IMG/VR virus record: IMGVR_UViG_3300017782_006724
Source: an uncultured virus (IMG/VR IMGVR_UViG_3300017782_006724)
Lineage: Duplodnaviria > Heunggongvirae > Uroviricota > Caudoviricetes
Direction: 5' to 3' (one strand)
Length of the DNA: 64,000 bases
This document shows positions 1-8,082 of the stretch, in pieces. The notes beneath the pieces are model-generated. The model worked only from the letters and a program-made list of their open reading frames with translations. It did no database searches and had not been told where the DNA came from. The position numbers and the translations under genes were made by a program. Numbering within the stretch: the stretch's first letter is position 1; every line of letters starts with the position of its first letter.

Positions 1-1
1 A

Positions 2-199
2 AAGGAACAAGCACGTAAAGTATTACCAGAAGGAATTACAACTTCACGGTTGTACATGAATGGAACAATCCGTTCCTGGATCCATTATGTGGATCTTAGG
101 TCGGGAAATGGGACTCAAAAAGAGCACATGGAAGTCGCTCGTGCTTGTGCAACCGCACTTGAACCTGTATTTCCTGACATCAAAGATTTTATTCATTAA
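2..199 (+). CDS. thyX: FAD-dependent thymidylate synthase ThyX, C-terminal fragment (runs off window start)
   Basis: Frame 2 reads KEQARKVLPEGITTSRLYMNGTIRSWIHYVDLRSGNGTQKEH..., the typical ThyX C-terminal motif. Confidence 0.9.
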   Translation, partial: KEQARKVLPEGITTSRLYMNGTIRSWIHYVDLRSGNGTQKEHMEVARACATALEPVFPDIKDFIH

Positions 200-214
200 A
201 GAAAGGAATAATTA

Positions 215-1228
215 ATGAAATCATTTTTTAAAGCGCTGGCAGTAATGTCATTATTTTTATTTTCTACAGCATATGCTGCTCCTGTTAAAGTAGGATTTGT
301 ATATGTTGGACCAGTTGGAGACCATGGTTGGACTTATATGCATGAGCAAGGCCGACTCCAATTAGTTGAAAAATTTGGAGATAAAGTAGAAACAGTATAT
401 ATCGAAAGTGTGCCTGAAGGTCCAGACGCAGCTAGAGTTATTAGAGAAATGGCAAGTAATGGTACAGACATTATCTTTGCTACTTCATTTGGATATATGG
501 AACAAATGGTTAAAGTTGCCAAAGAGTTTCCAAATGTAAAATTTGAACATGCTACAGGATATAAAACTGCAGAAAACCTCTCTGTGTATTCTTCTAAGTT
601 TTATCAAGGTAGATATATTCAAGGAGTAATTGCTGGTCATATGAGTAAATCAGGTAAGGCAGGTTATATAGCCTCGTTTCCTATTCCAGAAGTGATTCGT
701 GGTATTAATGCATTTTATGCAGGTGCTATAACAGTTAATCCGGACTTTGATATTGATGTCGTGTGGGTAAATACTTGGTATGATCCAGGTAAGGAAGCTG
801 CTGCAGCAAAAGTTCTTATGAGTGAAGGCGCTGATATTATTACACAACATACTGATTCGCCATCACCATTACAAGCCGCGGCCAAAGAAGGCATCCTTGG
901 ATTTGGTCAAGCATCAGACATGATTAGATTTGCTCCTGATACTCAGTTGACTGCAATTTTAGATGACTGGGGTCCTTACTATATTGAAAGAGTACAAGCA
1001 ATAATGGATGGTACCTGGAAAACGTCTGATACCTGGGGTGGTATGGATTCTGGTATGGTAGGAATGGCACCATATACGAATATGCCTCCAGAACTTGCCG
1101 AACTTGCATCAACATTACAAATGAAAATTACTTCCGGAGAATTAGATCCATTTGGAGGAAAATTTAACACTGGAGAACTTCTTGGTATGAAAGATTATTT
1201 ACCAGGGATTGATGCAATTAAACCTTAA
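215..1228 (+). CDS. BMP-family (PnrA/Med-like) ABC transporter substrate-binding protein, probably purine nucleoside binding
   Basis: Signal peptide; VGFVYVGPVGDHGW, IFATSFGY, INAF, WYDP and QHTDSP motifs of the BMP family. Confidence 0.9.
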   Translation: MKSFFKALAVMSLFLFSTAYAAPVKVGFVYVGPVGDHGWTYMHEQGRLQLVEKFGDKVETVYIESVPEGPDAARVIREMASNGTDIIFATSFGYMEQMVKVAKEFPNVKFEHATGYKTAENLSVYSSKFYQGRYIQGVIAGHMSKSGKAGYIASFPIPEVIRGINAFYAGAITVNPDFDIDVVWVNTWYDPGKEAAAAKVLMSEGADIITQHTDSPSPLQAAAKEGILGFGQASDMIRFAPDTQLTAILDDWGPYYIERVQAIMDGTWKTSDTWGGMDSGMVGMAPYTNMPPELAELASTLQMKITSGELDPFGGKFNTGELLGMKDYLPGIDAIKP

Positions 1229-1235
1229 CTATTAC

Positions 1236-1255
1236 GAGGACCCTTTTGGGTCCTC
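1236..1255 (+). terminator. Hairpin after the BMP gene (GAGGACCC-TTTT-GGGTCCTC)
   Basis: Perfect 8-bp GC-rich inverted repeat; weak U-tract. Confidence 0.55.
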
Positions 1256-1272
1256 TCCTACTGGAGATTATT

Positions 1273-1581
1273 ATGGTTCAAAGTGAACGATTTAAAGAAT
1301 TATTAGAAGAAATGAAAAAAACCCACGATGCAAAACGTCACGACTATGCAAGCGCGGAAGATATTTTTGCAAATTTTAGAACATGTGAGATGGGTGGAAT
1401 TCCAGCCTGGAAAGGTGTTTGTGTTCGCCTAGGTGATAAATTTAGCCGTCTTATGGGATTTGCCAAAAAAGAAAAGTTAGAAGTTAAAGATGAAAGTATT
1501 ACCGATACTCTAATAGATATGGCAAATTATGCTTTAATTGCTTTAATTTTGTACGAGGAATATAAAGCAAATGGTAAATAA
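1273..1581 (+). CDS. Nucleotide-modification-associated, DUF1599-like alpha-helical protein
   Basis: K..HDY...FANF and RLGDKFSR...DTLIDMANYA motifs; GGAG RBS before the ATG at 1273. Confidence 0.65.
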   Translation: MVQSERFKELLEEMKKTHDAKRHDYASAEDIFANFRTCEMGGIPAWKGVCVRLGDKFSRLMGFAKKEKLEVKDESITDTLIDMANYALIALILYEEYKANGK

Positions 1582-1756
1582 GGAAACACTGGATATGACA
1601 GGTACCGGAGATCATATAACTTTACCAGACGAACCAATACAATTGGAATTGTTTCCCGAGTTAAATAATGATCCAGAACCAAAGCGTTACTATGATTGGA
1701 TGCTCTGGGCTTTACGGCGAAAAGGAAAAAACCGTGATAAAAATGTCACACAATAA
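1571..1756 (+). CDS. Hypothetical protein
   Basis: ORF with GAGG RBS, overlapping the upstream stop. Confidence 0.5.
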   Translation: MVNKETLDMTGTGDHITLPDEPIQLELFPELNNDPEPKRYYDWMLWALRRKGKNRDKNVTQ

Positions 1757-1880
1757 AACTTTTTTAAACTATTTTCCTAAGTGATTGATTTTATTATATT
1801 ATTTTTTTAAATTAATTTAAAAAAACACTTTACATTCCCTAAAAAGTATGGTATAATAGTACTATAAAATGATAAAGGAA
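1753..1880 (+). repeat. ~125-bp promoter cassette repeat, copy 1 (copy 2 at 36842-36969)
   Basis: ATAAAACTTTTTTAAACTATTTTCCTAAGTGATTG...ACACTTTACA...TATAATAGTACTATAAAATGATAAAGGAAA is near-identical in both copies. Confidence 0.85.
1802..1880 (+). promoter_or_regulatory. Early sigma70-type promoter cassette (AT palindrome, TTTACA -35, TATAAT -10, conserved leader/RBS)
   Basis: TTTACA 1829-1834, 17-nt spacer, TATAAT 1852-1857; repeated about 17 times in the window. Confidence 0.9.
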
Positions 1881-2090
1881 ATGAAAAAAATGAAACTGGC
1901 TTATTGTGATATGATTGCGTATGCAATTAAAGAAATTCTTCCGGAAAAGACTCAAGGTTTTATTTCTATTGATGGTGGGGTCGAATATGATCTTGCCGAG
2001 GAAGGTTACATGGCATCAACTTCAAAATATATAAATGTAATTGATGGTAACGACAAAAAATATAAAATTACTATTGAAGAGATTTTATAA
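1869..2090 (+). CDS. Early hypothetical protein (true start probably at a downstream ATG)
   Basis: Directly downstream of the early promoter/RBS. Confidence 0.65.
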   Translation: MIKEMKKMKLAYCDMIAYAIKEILPEKTQGFISIDGGVEYDLAEEGYMASTSKYINVIDGNDKKYKITIEEIL

Positions 2091-2170
2091 TTTTTTTTAA
2101 TTAATGTAAAAAAACACTTTACATTGCCTAAAAAGTGTGATATAATAATACTATAAAATGATAAAGGAAG
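2091..2170 (+). promoter_or_regulatory. Early promoter cassette
   Basis: TTTACA 2118-2123, TATAAT 2141-2146. Confidence 0.9.
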
Positions 2171-2388
2171 TGAAAAAAATGAGAAAATATGCATTTAAAA
2201 TTACCGGAAGTACCTTAATGATATTAGGATTTTTCTTAATTTTGGGTACTGCTGGTGCAGATTGTGACGGCGATTGTATGGAAAATTCCATGCCAATATT
2301 GGACATGGTGTTATATAGTTTAATTGGTTTTGCATCTTGCTTTACCGGGTTTAGTATTGTTAATTATGGGAGTAAATATTATGAGTAA
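2158..2388 (+). CDS. Small membrane protein, two TM segments
   Basis: Two hydrophobic stretches flanking GADCDGDC. Confidence 0.65.
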   Translation: MIKEVKKMRKYAFKITGSTLMILGFFLILGTAGADCDGDCMENSMPILDMVLYSLIGFASCFTGFSIVNYGSKYYE

Positions 2389-2590
2389 AATGGGTCAAGC
2401 GGTTTATGAAGCACAGGAATTTGCCACTGAAAATTATAATGTAACTCGAGAAGAGTTTATAACATTGGCAGGTAATGCCTTTGCAAAAAATTCAAATAGT
2501 TTCATATTGAAAAAATGGGCTCTTGAAGAATATGATGTCATTCAGGATGACCTTATGTCAAACTACAATTCATACATGAATAAGGAGTGA
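2381..2590 (+). CDS. Hypothetical protein
   Basis: GGGAG RBS before ATG 2381 (MSKMGQ...). Confidence 0.6.
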   Translation: MSKMGQAVYEAQEFATENYNVTREEFITLAGNAFAKNSNSFILKKWALEEYDVIQDDLMSNYNSYMNKE

Positions 2591-2916
2591 AAATGTTTCT
2601 ATCAAAAAACGGCGAAAAAATTAAAACTGAGGATAAAAGTCCAAAGATTAATTATGCCTTTAATGAGGAACGAATCCTTAAGGAAATGAAAGAGTACATC
2701 GATATAACATACGATGCTCATTATTCTCAAAATAAATATCAGTCAACTGAAATTATTGAGGATATGGGTCATGGTATGGGTTTTGCTCTTGGTAATGTAA
2801 TTAAATACTGTCAACGGTATGGTAAAAAGCAAGGTTTTAATAGAGCTGATTTAATGAAAGTTATTCACTATGGTATTATTGCCTTGTCTATGCATGATCG
2901 TAAAAATTCGAGTTAA
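2587..2916 (+). CDS. DUF3310-like protein (T7 gp1.7 nucleotide kinase-like)
   Basis: HY...GF..GNVIKY..RYGKK...DL.K..HY motif. Confidence 0.7.
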   Translation: MKMFLSKNGEKIKTEDKSPKINYAFNEERILKEMKEYIDITYDAHYSQNKYQSTEIIEDMGHGMGFALGNVIKYCQRYGKKQGFNRADLMKVIHYGIIALSMHDRKNSS

Positions 2917-2919
2917 AGT

Positions 2920-3324
2920 ATGAAAGTAGGATTTACTTGTAGTACATTTGATTTATTACACGCAGGACATATTATTATGCTACGTGAAGCAAAAGAACAA
3001 TGTGATTACCTTATATGCGGATTGCAAGTTGATCCAAGTATAGATAGAAAAGAAAAGAATGCTCCAGTACAAACAGTAGTCGAGCGTTATACGCAACTAA
3101 AAGGTGTAGAGTATGTGGACGAAATTGTCCCATATGGAACTGAAGAGGATTTAGAAGATATACTTGCAATGTATCCTATTGATGTACGTATATTAGGAGA
3201 AGAATATCGCGATAAAGATTTTACAGGCAAAGATATTTGCCGTAAGCGTGATATTGACTTACATTTTAATAAACGTGATCATCGTTTTAGTTCAAGTGAT
3301 TTACGAAGAAGAGTTTGTAATTAA
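2920..3324 (+). CDS. Glycerol-3-phosphate cytidylyltransferase-like (TagD-like) nucleotidyltransferase
   Basis: FDLLHAGH (HxGH) motif and C-terminal FSSS.LR. Confidence 0.85.
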   Translation: MKVGFTCSTFDLLHAGHIIMLREAKEQCDYLICGLQVDPSIDRKEKNAPVQTVVERYTQLKGVEYVDEIVPYGTEEDLEDILAMYPIDVRILGEEYRDKDFTGKDICRKRDIDLHFNKRDHRFSSSDLRRRVCN

Positions 3325-3821
3325 TTAGCCAAAGGATTATCCAAAGCTCTTTGTAATTTTTTAGTAATACGAGATTCTAAATCCTTTATTTTATCATCAG
3401 TACTATCTTTTAATCGGGATGCCTTATCATCATAATCATTTTGTAAGGCATCTCTTTTGTTTTCAAAACGTTCCTCAGCATTTTGTATAATACTACGTTG
3501 TATCTCTTCTGACTTACGAAGTTTATCCTCCATCCTATCAACTTGTTTTTCAATACCTAATATGTCATCTCTTAAACCAGTTTTAATATCTCGTGTGTAA
3601 TCTATTGCTTGTTCAAGTTTTATATCAAGTTGTTTATTTCTTGCCTCTATTGCATCAGTATCGATAGTTTGAATAATTGCTTTCATATCCATATAATCCT
3701 TGTAGAATTCAAACCCTGCCCAAAGACTACCACCTATAGTAGTTAATGCAGTTAATACAAGAAATATTTTGCCACCTTTAAATTTAATTCCGGCAATTTC
3801 CATTTCTGTTTGTTCAGACAT
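3321..3821 (-). CDS. Membrane-anchored coiled-coil protein
   Basis: N-terminal TM segment then a long heptad-like region ending ALDNPLAN. Confidence 0.7.
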   Translation of the reverse strand: MSEQTEMEIAGIKFKGGKIFLVLTALTTIGGSLWAGFEFYKDYMDMKAIIQTIDTDAIEARNKQLDIKLEQAIDYTRDIKTGLRDDILGIEKQVDRMEDKLRKSEEIQRSIIQNAEERFENKRDALQNDYDDKASRLKDSTDDKIKDLESRITKKLQRALDNPLAN

Positions 3822-5192
3822 TTATCTCTCCCATTGCATGTCTACCATTTTCCTATGTAGTATTTGTTGTGCCAATCCATTTCTTAATCCACGTTGATTT
3901 TCAGGTAATTGATCTGAATTATAACCTTGAGCATCTGGATAGAAACCACCAATTAATTTAGCTCCATATTGATTAAATCCTGGCACAAAATTTAATAAGG
4001 CAAGGACTTGTGCTTGAACTGCCTTTTGTGCTTCAATATTAGCCGCTGCACTCATTTTTTCGGCAAGACTAGAAGTCCTTGTTGCAATTAATTTCTTTAT
4101 CTTTTTTTGTTTTTTATCTGTGTCTTTAATGTCAACTTCCTCGACGATTGTTTCATCTGCTGTAAATTCTTCTGTTTCTGTAATTTCATTTTCAATAACC
4201 TCTATTGGTGTACTGTTAACATCCAACCCAGCAATTGAAATAGGTATTTCATTTAGGTCTCCTAATATAGAATCTACTGTAGCATCTCCAGTAATCTCTG
4301 GTACTGTAATATCTTCTGCATTAACAATTATATCTGGTTCGTTTAAATCTTCGGTATGATGATCTTCCTCAGTTATTGCTAAAATTGTATTTGCATATTC
4401 TGGACAACTTGTGTTATATAATGGGTCCATAGTACATTGTTGTGTAAAATATGCTGCAGCATATCCTGGGCATCCTGTATCATATAAGGCACTTGCCTGA
4501 CATTGTTGATCATAAAGTTGTTGTGCATATGCCTCGGCATACCCAATACAATTTGGATCATGCAAGGGATTATTATAACAAGGATTTGTAGAATAAATTA
4601 AATTAAATTCAGATCGTGAAGGATTAAATTCTGGGCCATACCAACCTGCCCAATTGCCACTATCTTGACCTGTTGCCGTAATATCAATGTTACCAAAAAA
4701 TGATGGTGGTAAAAAATTGTCTGGAAATAATTCCGTGCCAGTATGTTCGGTCCAATTATGAGAATATCCGTAATCATAACTATAACTTTTATATAATGAA
4801 CCATCTGCTTTTAAAATGTCAACAGTTATATCAAATGGATCTATACCAGGCTGATTTGTAAATTCATTGGCATTACCATTTTTTACTCTCCATTTATATG
4901 TAAATCCGTCGACTTGAACACCAGCATTTTGTAGAGCAGTATTAATTGCTATAGAAGTACTTAAAGCTGTTTGTCCATAACTCCAAACAAATCCATCACC
5001 GTTTGGAATTCTATTTGGGTTTGGTCCACCTGAAGTACCACCCCAGTATCCAGTACCATACTGGCCCGACCAATTTTGAGCTGAAGGCTCTAAAAGATTT
5101 GTAGTAGTTTCGGCATTACAGTAAGAGCCAAAGAAGCCCAAGAATACCAGCACCAGCAGCGGCACCTTTAAGTTGATCATTTCGTTTCTCAT
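3822..5192 (-). CDS. Secreted protein with Cys-rich repeats and an acidic linker
   Basis: Signal-like N-terminus; three C..(N/S/D)(P/A)L(H/Y)(D/N)..C.(G/E)YA repeats. Confidence 0.75.
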   Translation of the reverse strand: MRNEMINLKVPLLVLVFLGFFGSYCNAETTTNLLEPSAQNWSGQYGTGYWGGTSGGPNPNRIPNGDGFVWSYGQTALSTSIAINTALQNAGVQVDGFTYKWRVKNGNANEFTNQPGIDPFDITVDILKADGSLYKSYSYDYGYSHNWTEHTGTELFPDNFLPPSFFGNIDITATGQDSGNWAGWYGPEFNPSRSEFNLIYSTNPCYNNPLHDPNCIGYAEAYAQQLYDQQCQASALYDTGCPGYAAAYFTQQCTMDPLYNTSCPEYANTILAITEEDHHTEDLNEPDIIVNAEDITVPEITGDATVDSILGDLNEIPISIAGLDVNSTPIEVIENEITETEEFTADETIVEEVDIKDTDKKQKKIKKLIATRTSSLAEKMSAAANIEAQKAVQAQVLALLNFVPGFNQYGAKLIGGFYPDAQGYNSDQLPENQRGLRNGLAQQILHRKMVDMQWER

Positions 5193-5661
5193 TTATTTTA
5201 GGATCCACAGGTTTTAGTTCAGGAGTTTTATCCCACCCAGCTTGTGCACTACTTCCTATATCTCCAAAATACGGACAAGGAGTGCCTGCCATTTCCATAG
5301 CAGTAAATACTCTAAAATCTTGACACATAATCGAAACAGCAGCAACTTTCATACCCATATCATATAGTGTTTTAGATAATTTTAATCTTTCACAGTTCAT
5401 ATCTCGGACAGTAGAGCCACCAGAGATACCAAGTATTTGAGTTTGGACTGCGCCAGAAAATCCAACCGTGCATAAATCTGTATTTGATGTATTAATTGAA
5501 GGAGATATTGCTGATGGTGGTGGAGATTTTACAGTAGTTTCTGCATCAGATTTTGATGTTACCGTACTATTAGATGTTGACTGTGTTACTATTGGGTCAG
5601 CCGCATATGCCACGGTACATAGCATAATAAAGCTAGTAATAACGATTATTATATTTTTCAT
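5116..5661 (-). CDS. Secreted/membrane Cys-containing protein
   Basis: Signal peptide, SPPPSAISP..DLC...NCERLKLS..MCQD, C-terminal TM. Confidence 0.75.
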   Translation of the reverse strand: MKNIIIVITSFIMLCTVAYAADPIVTQSTSNSTVTSKSDAETTVKSPPPSAISPSINTSNTDLCTVGFSGAVQTQILGISGGSTVRDMNCERLKLSKTLYDMGMKVAAVSIMCQDFRVFTAMEMAGTPCPYFGDIGSSAQAGWDKTPELKPVDPKINEKRNDQLKGAAAGAGILGLLWLLL

Positions 5662-6137
5662 CTATTAAACCACATCGCTCCTAAAAAGCCTAAAAATCCT
5701 ATAACTGTGCATAATAGTATAAAAATAGCTATACCATCTCCAACTTGTTGTCTTAGTTTTTGTTGTGCATAGACTTGCTTTTGTCTATCTTTTCTTATCT
5801 GACCTTCCATAGCTAGTAGCTCATCATAGGCCTTTGGGCCATGTGTCATGTTTAGAAAAACCTTGAGTTCATATCTTTGTTCCTCAAGTTTCTTTTTTGC
5901 TGCGTAAGCCTGAAGTGCAGTAGCTTCAATACTTCCTGAACCAAAGAGCTTATCAAACACTCCTGGGTTTTTTGCTTGTTTCTCGGCATTGTCAACATCT
6001 GATACTGCTCCCATCCATCTTGATAGGTCCCCACTCATTTGCTCTAGATCTCTGCCTACGGCAAATCCTTGCTTGATAGCAGAAAAAGCTTTGCCTGCTG
6101 CTCCTACTGCCAGGGATATTGTTACCGGATCTATCAT
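5658..6137 (-). CDS. Membrane protein with C-terminal TM
   Basis: MIDPVT N-terminus, helical body, C-terminal hydrophobic segment; GAGG RBS. Confidence 0.7.
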   Translation of the reverse strand: MIDPVTISLAVGAAGKAFSAIKQGFAVGRDLEQMSGDLSRWMGAVSDVDNAEKQAKNPGVFDKLFGSGSIEATALQAYAAKKKLEEQRYELKVFLNMTHGPKAYDELLAMEGQIRKDRQKQVYAQQKLRQQVGDGIAIFILLCTVIGFLGFLGAMWFNR

Positions 6138-6201
6138 ATTTGCCTCTATTTGTGTTATCTTCTCAAGTCACAAATAAATAACAAAACATTAATTATGTTA
6201 T

Positions 6202-6209
6202 TATTTATA
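6202..6209 (-). promoter_or_regulatory. T4-type late promoter (TATAAATA) for the 6137-3321 operon
   Basis: TATTTATA on the + strand, upstream of the minus-strand operon. Confidence 0.6.
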
Positions 6210-6257
6210 TTTACTTTGCCTTAAACATGTGATATAATATACATTATAATATAAATA
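6210..6257 (+). promoter_or_regulatory. Tandem early (TTTACT-17-TATAAT) and late (TATAAATA) promoters upstream of the tmRNA
   Basis: TTTACT 6210-6215, TATAAT 6233-6238, TATAAATA 6250-6257. Confidence 0.7.
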
Positions 6258-6261
6258 ATAA

Positions 6262-6498
6262 TGGTTTTATGACGTTAGTTGAAATCATACTGGACTCGGG
6301 GGCGGTACCCGACAGCTCCACCAAAAATACTATTATCGAGTATTTCTGACGGGGCTGAAATAGGATCGACAGATGTGGAAGGCTGAAAGAGAACCAAAAT
6401 TGTAAATGCAAACGATAATTTTGCTCCTCAAGATTACGCTCTAGCAGCATAATCGGATAGGGTTTCGGTAGGTTTCCTAGTAACAGAATAACCTACCA
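6262..6498 (+). ncRNA. ssrA: Circularly permuted two-piece tmRNA (alphaproteobacterial type), tag ANDNFAPQDYALAA
   Basis: Acceptor piece ...GGACTCGGGGGCGGTACCCGACAGCTCCACCA (CCA ends 6323) precedes the 5' piece GGGGCTGAAATAGGATCGAC (6351). Acceptor stem has G3.U70. Tag ORF 6408-6452. Outer ends approximate. Confidence 0.93.
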
Positions 6499-6547
6499 CG
6501 TTCATCCTCGGCAGAGGACGGAAGTATGCATAATGCAGAAGGAACGC
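6499..6547 (+). promoter_or_regulatory. Glutamine riboswitch aptamer (glnA RNA motif)
   Basis: P1 CGTTC/GAACG, P2 TCCTC-GGCA-GAGGA, E-loop GGAAGTA...GAAG, P3 TGCA-TAA-TGCA. Confidence 0.8.
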
Positions 6548-6574
6548 ACTTTTACTGTAAAAGGGAGAAGTGTT

Positions 6575-6826
6575 ATGACAAATATAATAGAAACTAAATT
6601 TGGTACTTTAGTTAATACAAAAAAGGTAGCAGCAGGAAGTGCATCTAGTATAAAAAAATCTGGTGCGTTTTATAATTTTTCAATACGAATAACAAATGAT
6701 GATATAAGAGAATACTCATTTACGGATCTTGCAAGAGCTGAATATATGAGAAGAATTATGATTGGTCATTTGGAAGAAAAAATTAAAAAAGAATCAAAGA
6801 GTATTCCTAAAACTACTGTGGCCTAA
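6575..6826 (+). CDS. Hypothetical protein downstream of the glutamine riboswitch
   Basis: GGGAG RBS then ATG 6575; 83 aa, basic. Confidence 0.7.
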   Translation: MTNIIETKFGTLVNTKKVAAGSASSIKKSGAFYNFSIRITNDDIREYSFTDLARAEYMRRIMIGHLEEKIKKESKSIPKTTVA

Positions 6827-6851
6827 AAGATAATTTAATTATGGAGTTAAT

Positions 6852-7283
6852 ATGTATAAAGTGACAGGATATTTTAAAAATGAAAAAGTCGTTCAATATT
6901 TTATTGACAAGTATGATGCTATCGATTTTAGAGATATAGTTGATGCTAATTATCCATTACACGTGACATTTGAAAAAGGAGTTTATCCAATGAAAACGTT
7001 TATTATTAGTAGTTGGAATTCTGTGATGAATTCTAGTTATAATCCCCTACGAAATATTCCACATACGGGTACTCGTCATATGATTATGCAAGTGTTAGCA
7101 TGGATGTGGGTACTTGTTTTTACAATTTCAACTGGTACTTGGGCATATATAGGTTATAATTTTGTTGCTCATTCATTATTACTTGGTGCAATTGTTATTA
7201 CTGTATGTACTTTTGAAGCAGCAAAACGTAAACCACAATACTTTGGTGGATTTGGTAGGGCACAAGGTGGTGAACACGAATAG
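6852..7283 (+). CDS. Membrane protein (NPLRNIP..RHMIMQVLAWMW motif); possible internal start at MKTF
   Basis: Two C-terminal TM segments; GGAG RBS. Confidence 0.7.
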   Translation: MYKVTGYFKNEKVVQYFIDKYDAIDFRDIVDANYPLHVTFEKGVYPMKTFIISSWNSVMNSSYNPLRNIPHTGTRHMIMQVLAWMWVLVFTISTGTWAYIGYNFVAHSLLLGAIVITVCTFEAAKRKPQYFGGFGRAQGGEHE

Positions 7284-7346
7284 TGTGATGACTTAATACA
7301 TCCGCGTGGAGGAACTGTTACCTCCACACCTTTATAGGAGAATAAA

Positions 7347-7565
7347 ATGGCTGAAGAAAAGAAAAATGGAATAGTAAAAAAAGAAGATCATAATGAGTTT
7401 GAACTTGCTATGAGATTCTTTGGTAATGAACTCATTGCAATTAAGTTGGCAGCAACTAATTTCAATGGCAAACTGATAGTATATAGTATATTACTAATGT
7501 TTCTTACATTTATGTTAATGGAAGTCTTTGGTCTTGCTGAACTATTTGGTTATGGAATAGAATAA
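7347..7565 (+). CDS. Small membrane protein
   Basis: AGGAG RBS, C-terminal TM. Confidence 0.65.
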   Translation: MAEEKKNGIVKKEDHNEFELAMRFFGNELIAIKLAATNFNGKLIVYSILLMFLTFMLMEVFGLAELFGYGIE

Positions 7566-7566
7566 T

Positions 7567-8082
7567 TTGACTTTATTAAACATATATACTGCATATTTTA
7601 TTTTAGCCACCATCGGCGCAACAATAGGTTTACATAGATACTGGGCGCATGGTATTGGAAAAAGACGTGTTTGGTTTGAATGGTTATCACTTTCATGTGC
7701 ATTATGTATTGGAGTGTATAAACCACTTGGTTGGATTGGAATACATAGGTTACATCATAAATATCATGACACACCATGGGACCCACATTCTCCAAAACAC
7801 AGAGGAATTTGGAATGTGATATTATCAAGATGGTCAGATCCAGTACCAACTTCTATGATAAAGGACGTCATAAATAATAAGAGAATTAAATTTTTTCAAA
7901 AATATGGAAAGTATTTTATTTGGCTGGTGATAATAATATCTCCATACACTATACTGCTAGGATATGCCGGTATGGGAGTGTTAAACTATTTTGGCCATCA
8001 AAATGGCAAGCCCATAAATAGATGGTTCATAAATATATTTGCACCATTTGAAGGAAATCATTATGACCACCACAAAAGATAA
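7567..8082 (+). CDS. Membrane fatty-acid desaturase (delta-9-like, compact)
   Basis: Three His boxes HRYWAH, HRLHH and HYDHH, plus DPHSP. Confidence 0.85.
   Translation: MTLLNIYTAYFILATIGATIGLHRYWAHGIGKRRVWFEWLSLSCALCIGVYKPLGWIGIHRLHHKYHDTPWDPHSPKHRGIWNVILSRWSDPVPTSMIKDVINNKRIKFFQKYGKYFIWLVIIISPYTILLGYAGMGVLNYFGHQNGKPINRWFINIFAPFEGNHYDHHKR

Noticed and set aside
1869..1880. Shared MIKE N-terminus of several early ORFs (1869, 2158, 50525, 52322) read as a protein motif
   Set aside because: It derives from the conserved leader/RBS (ATGATAAAGGAA); true starts are probably downstream ATGs.
6244..6450. Minus-strand 68-aa ORF in the track
   Set aside because: Antisense shadow of the tmRNA gene.
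6533..6574. N-terminal extension of the 6533-6826 ORF
   Set aside because: It lies inside the riboswitch; the RBS supports the ATG at 6575.
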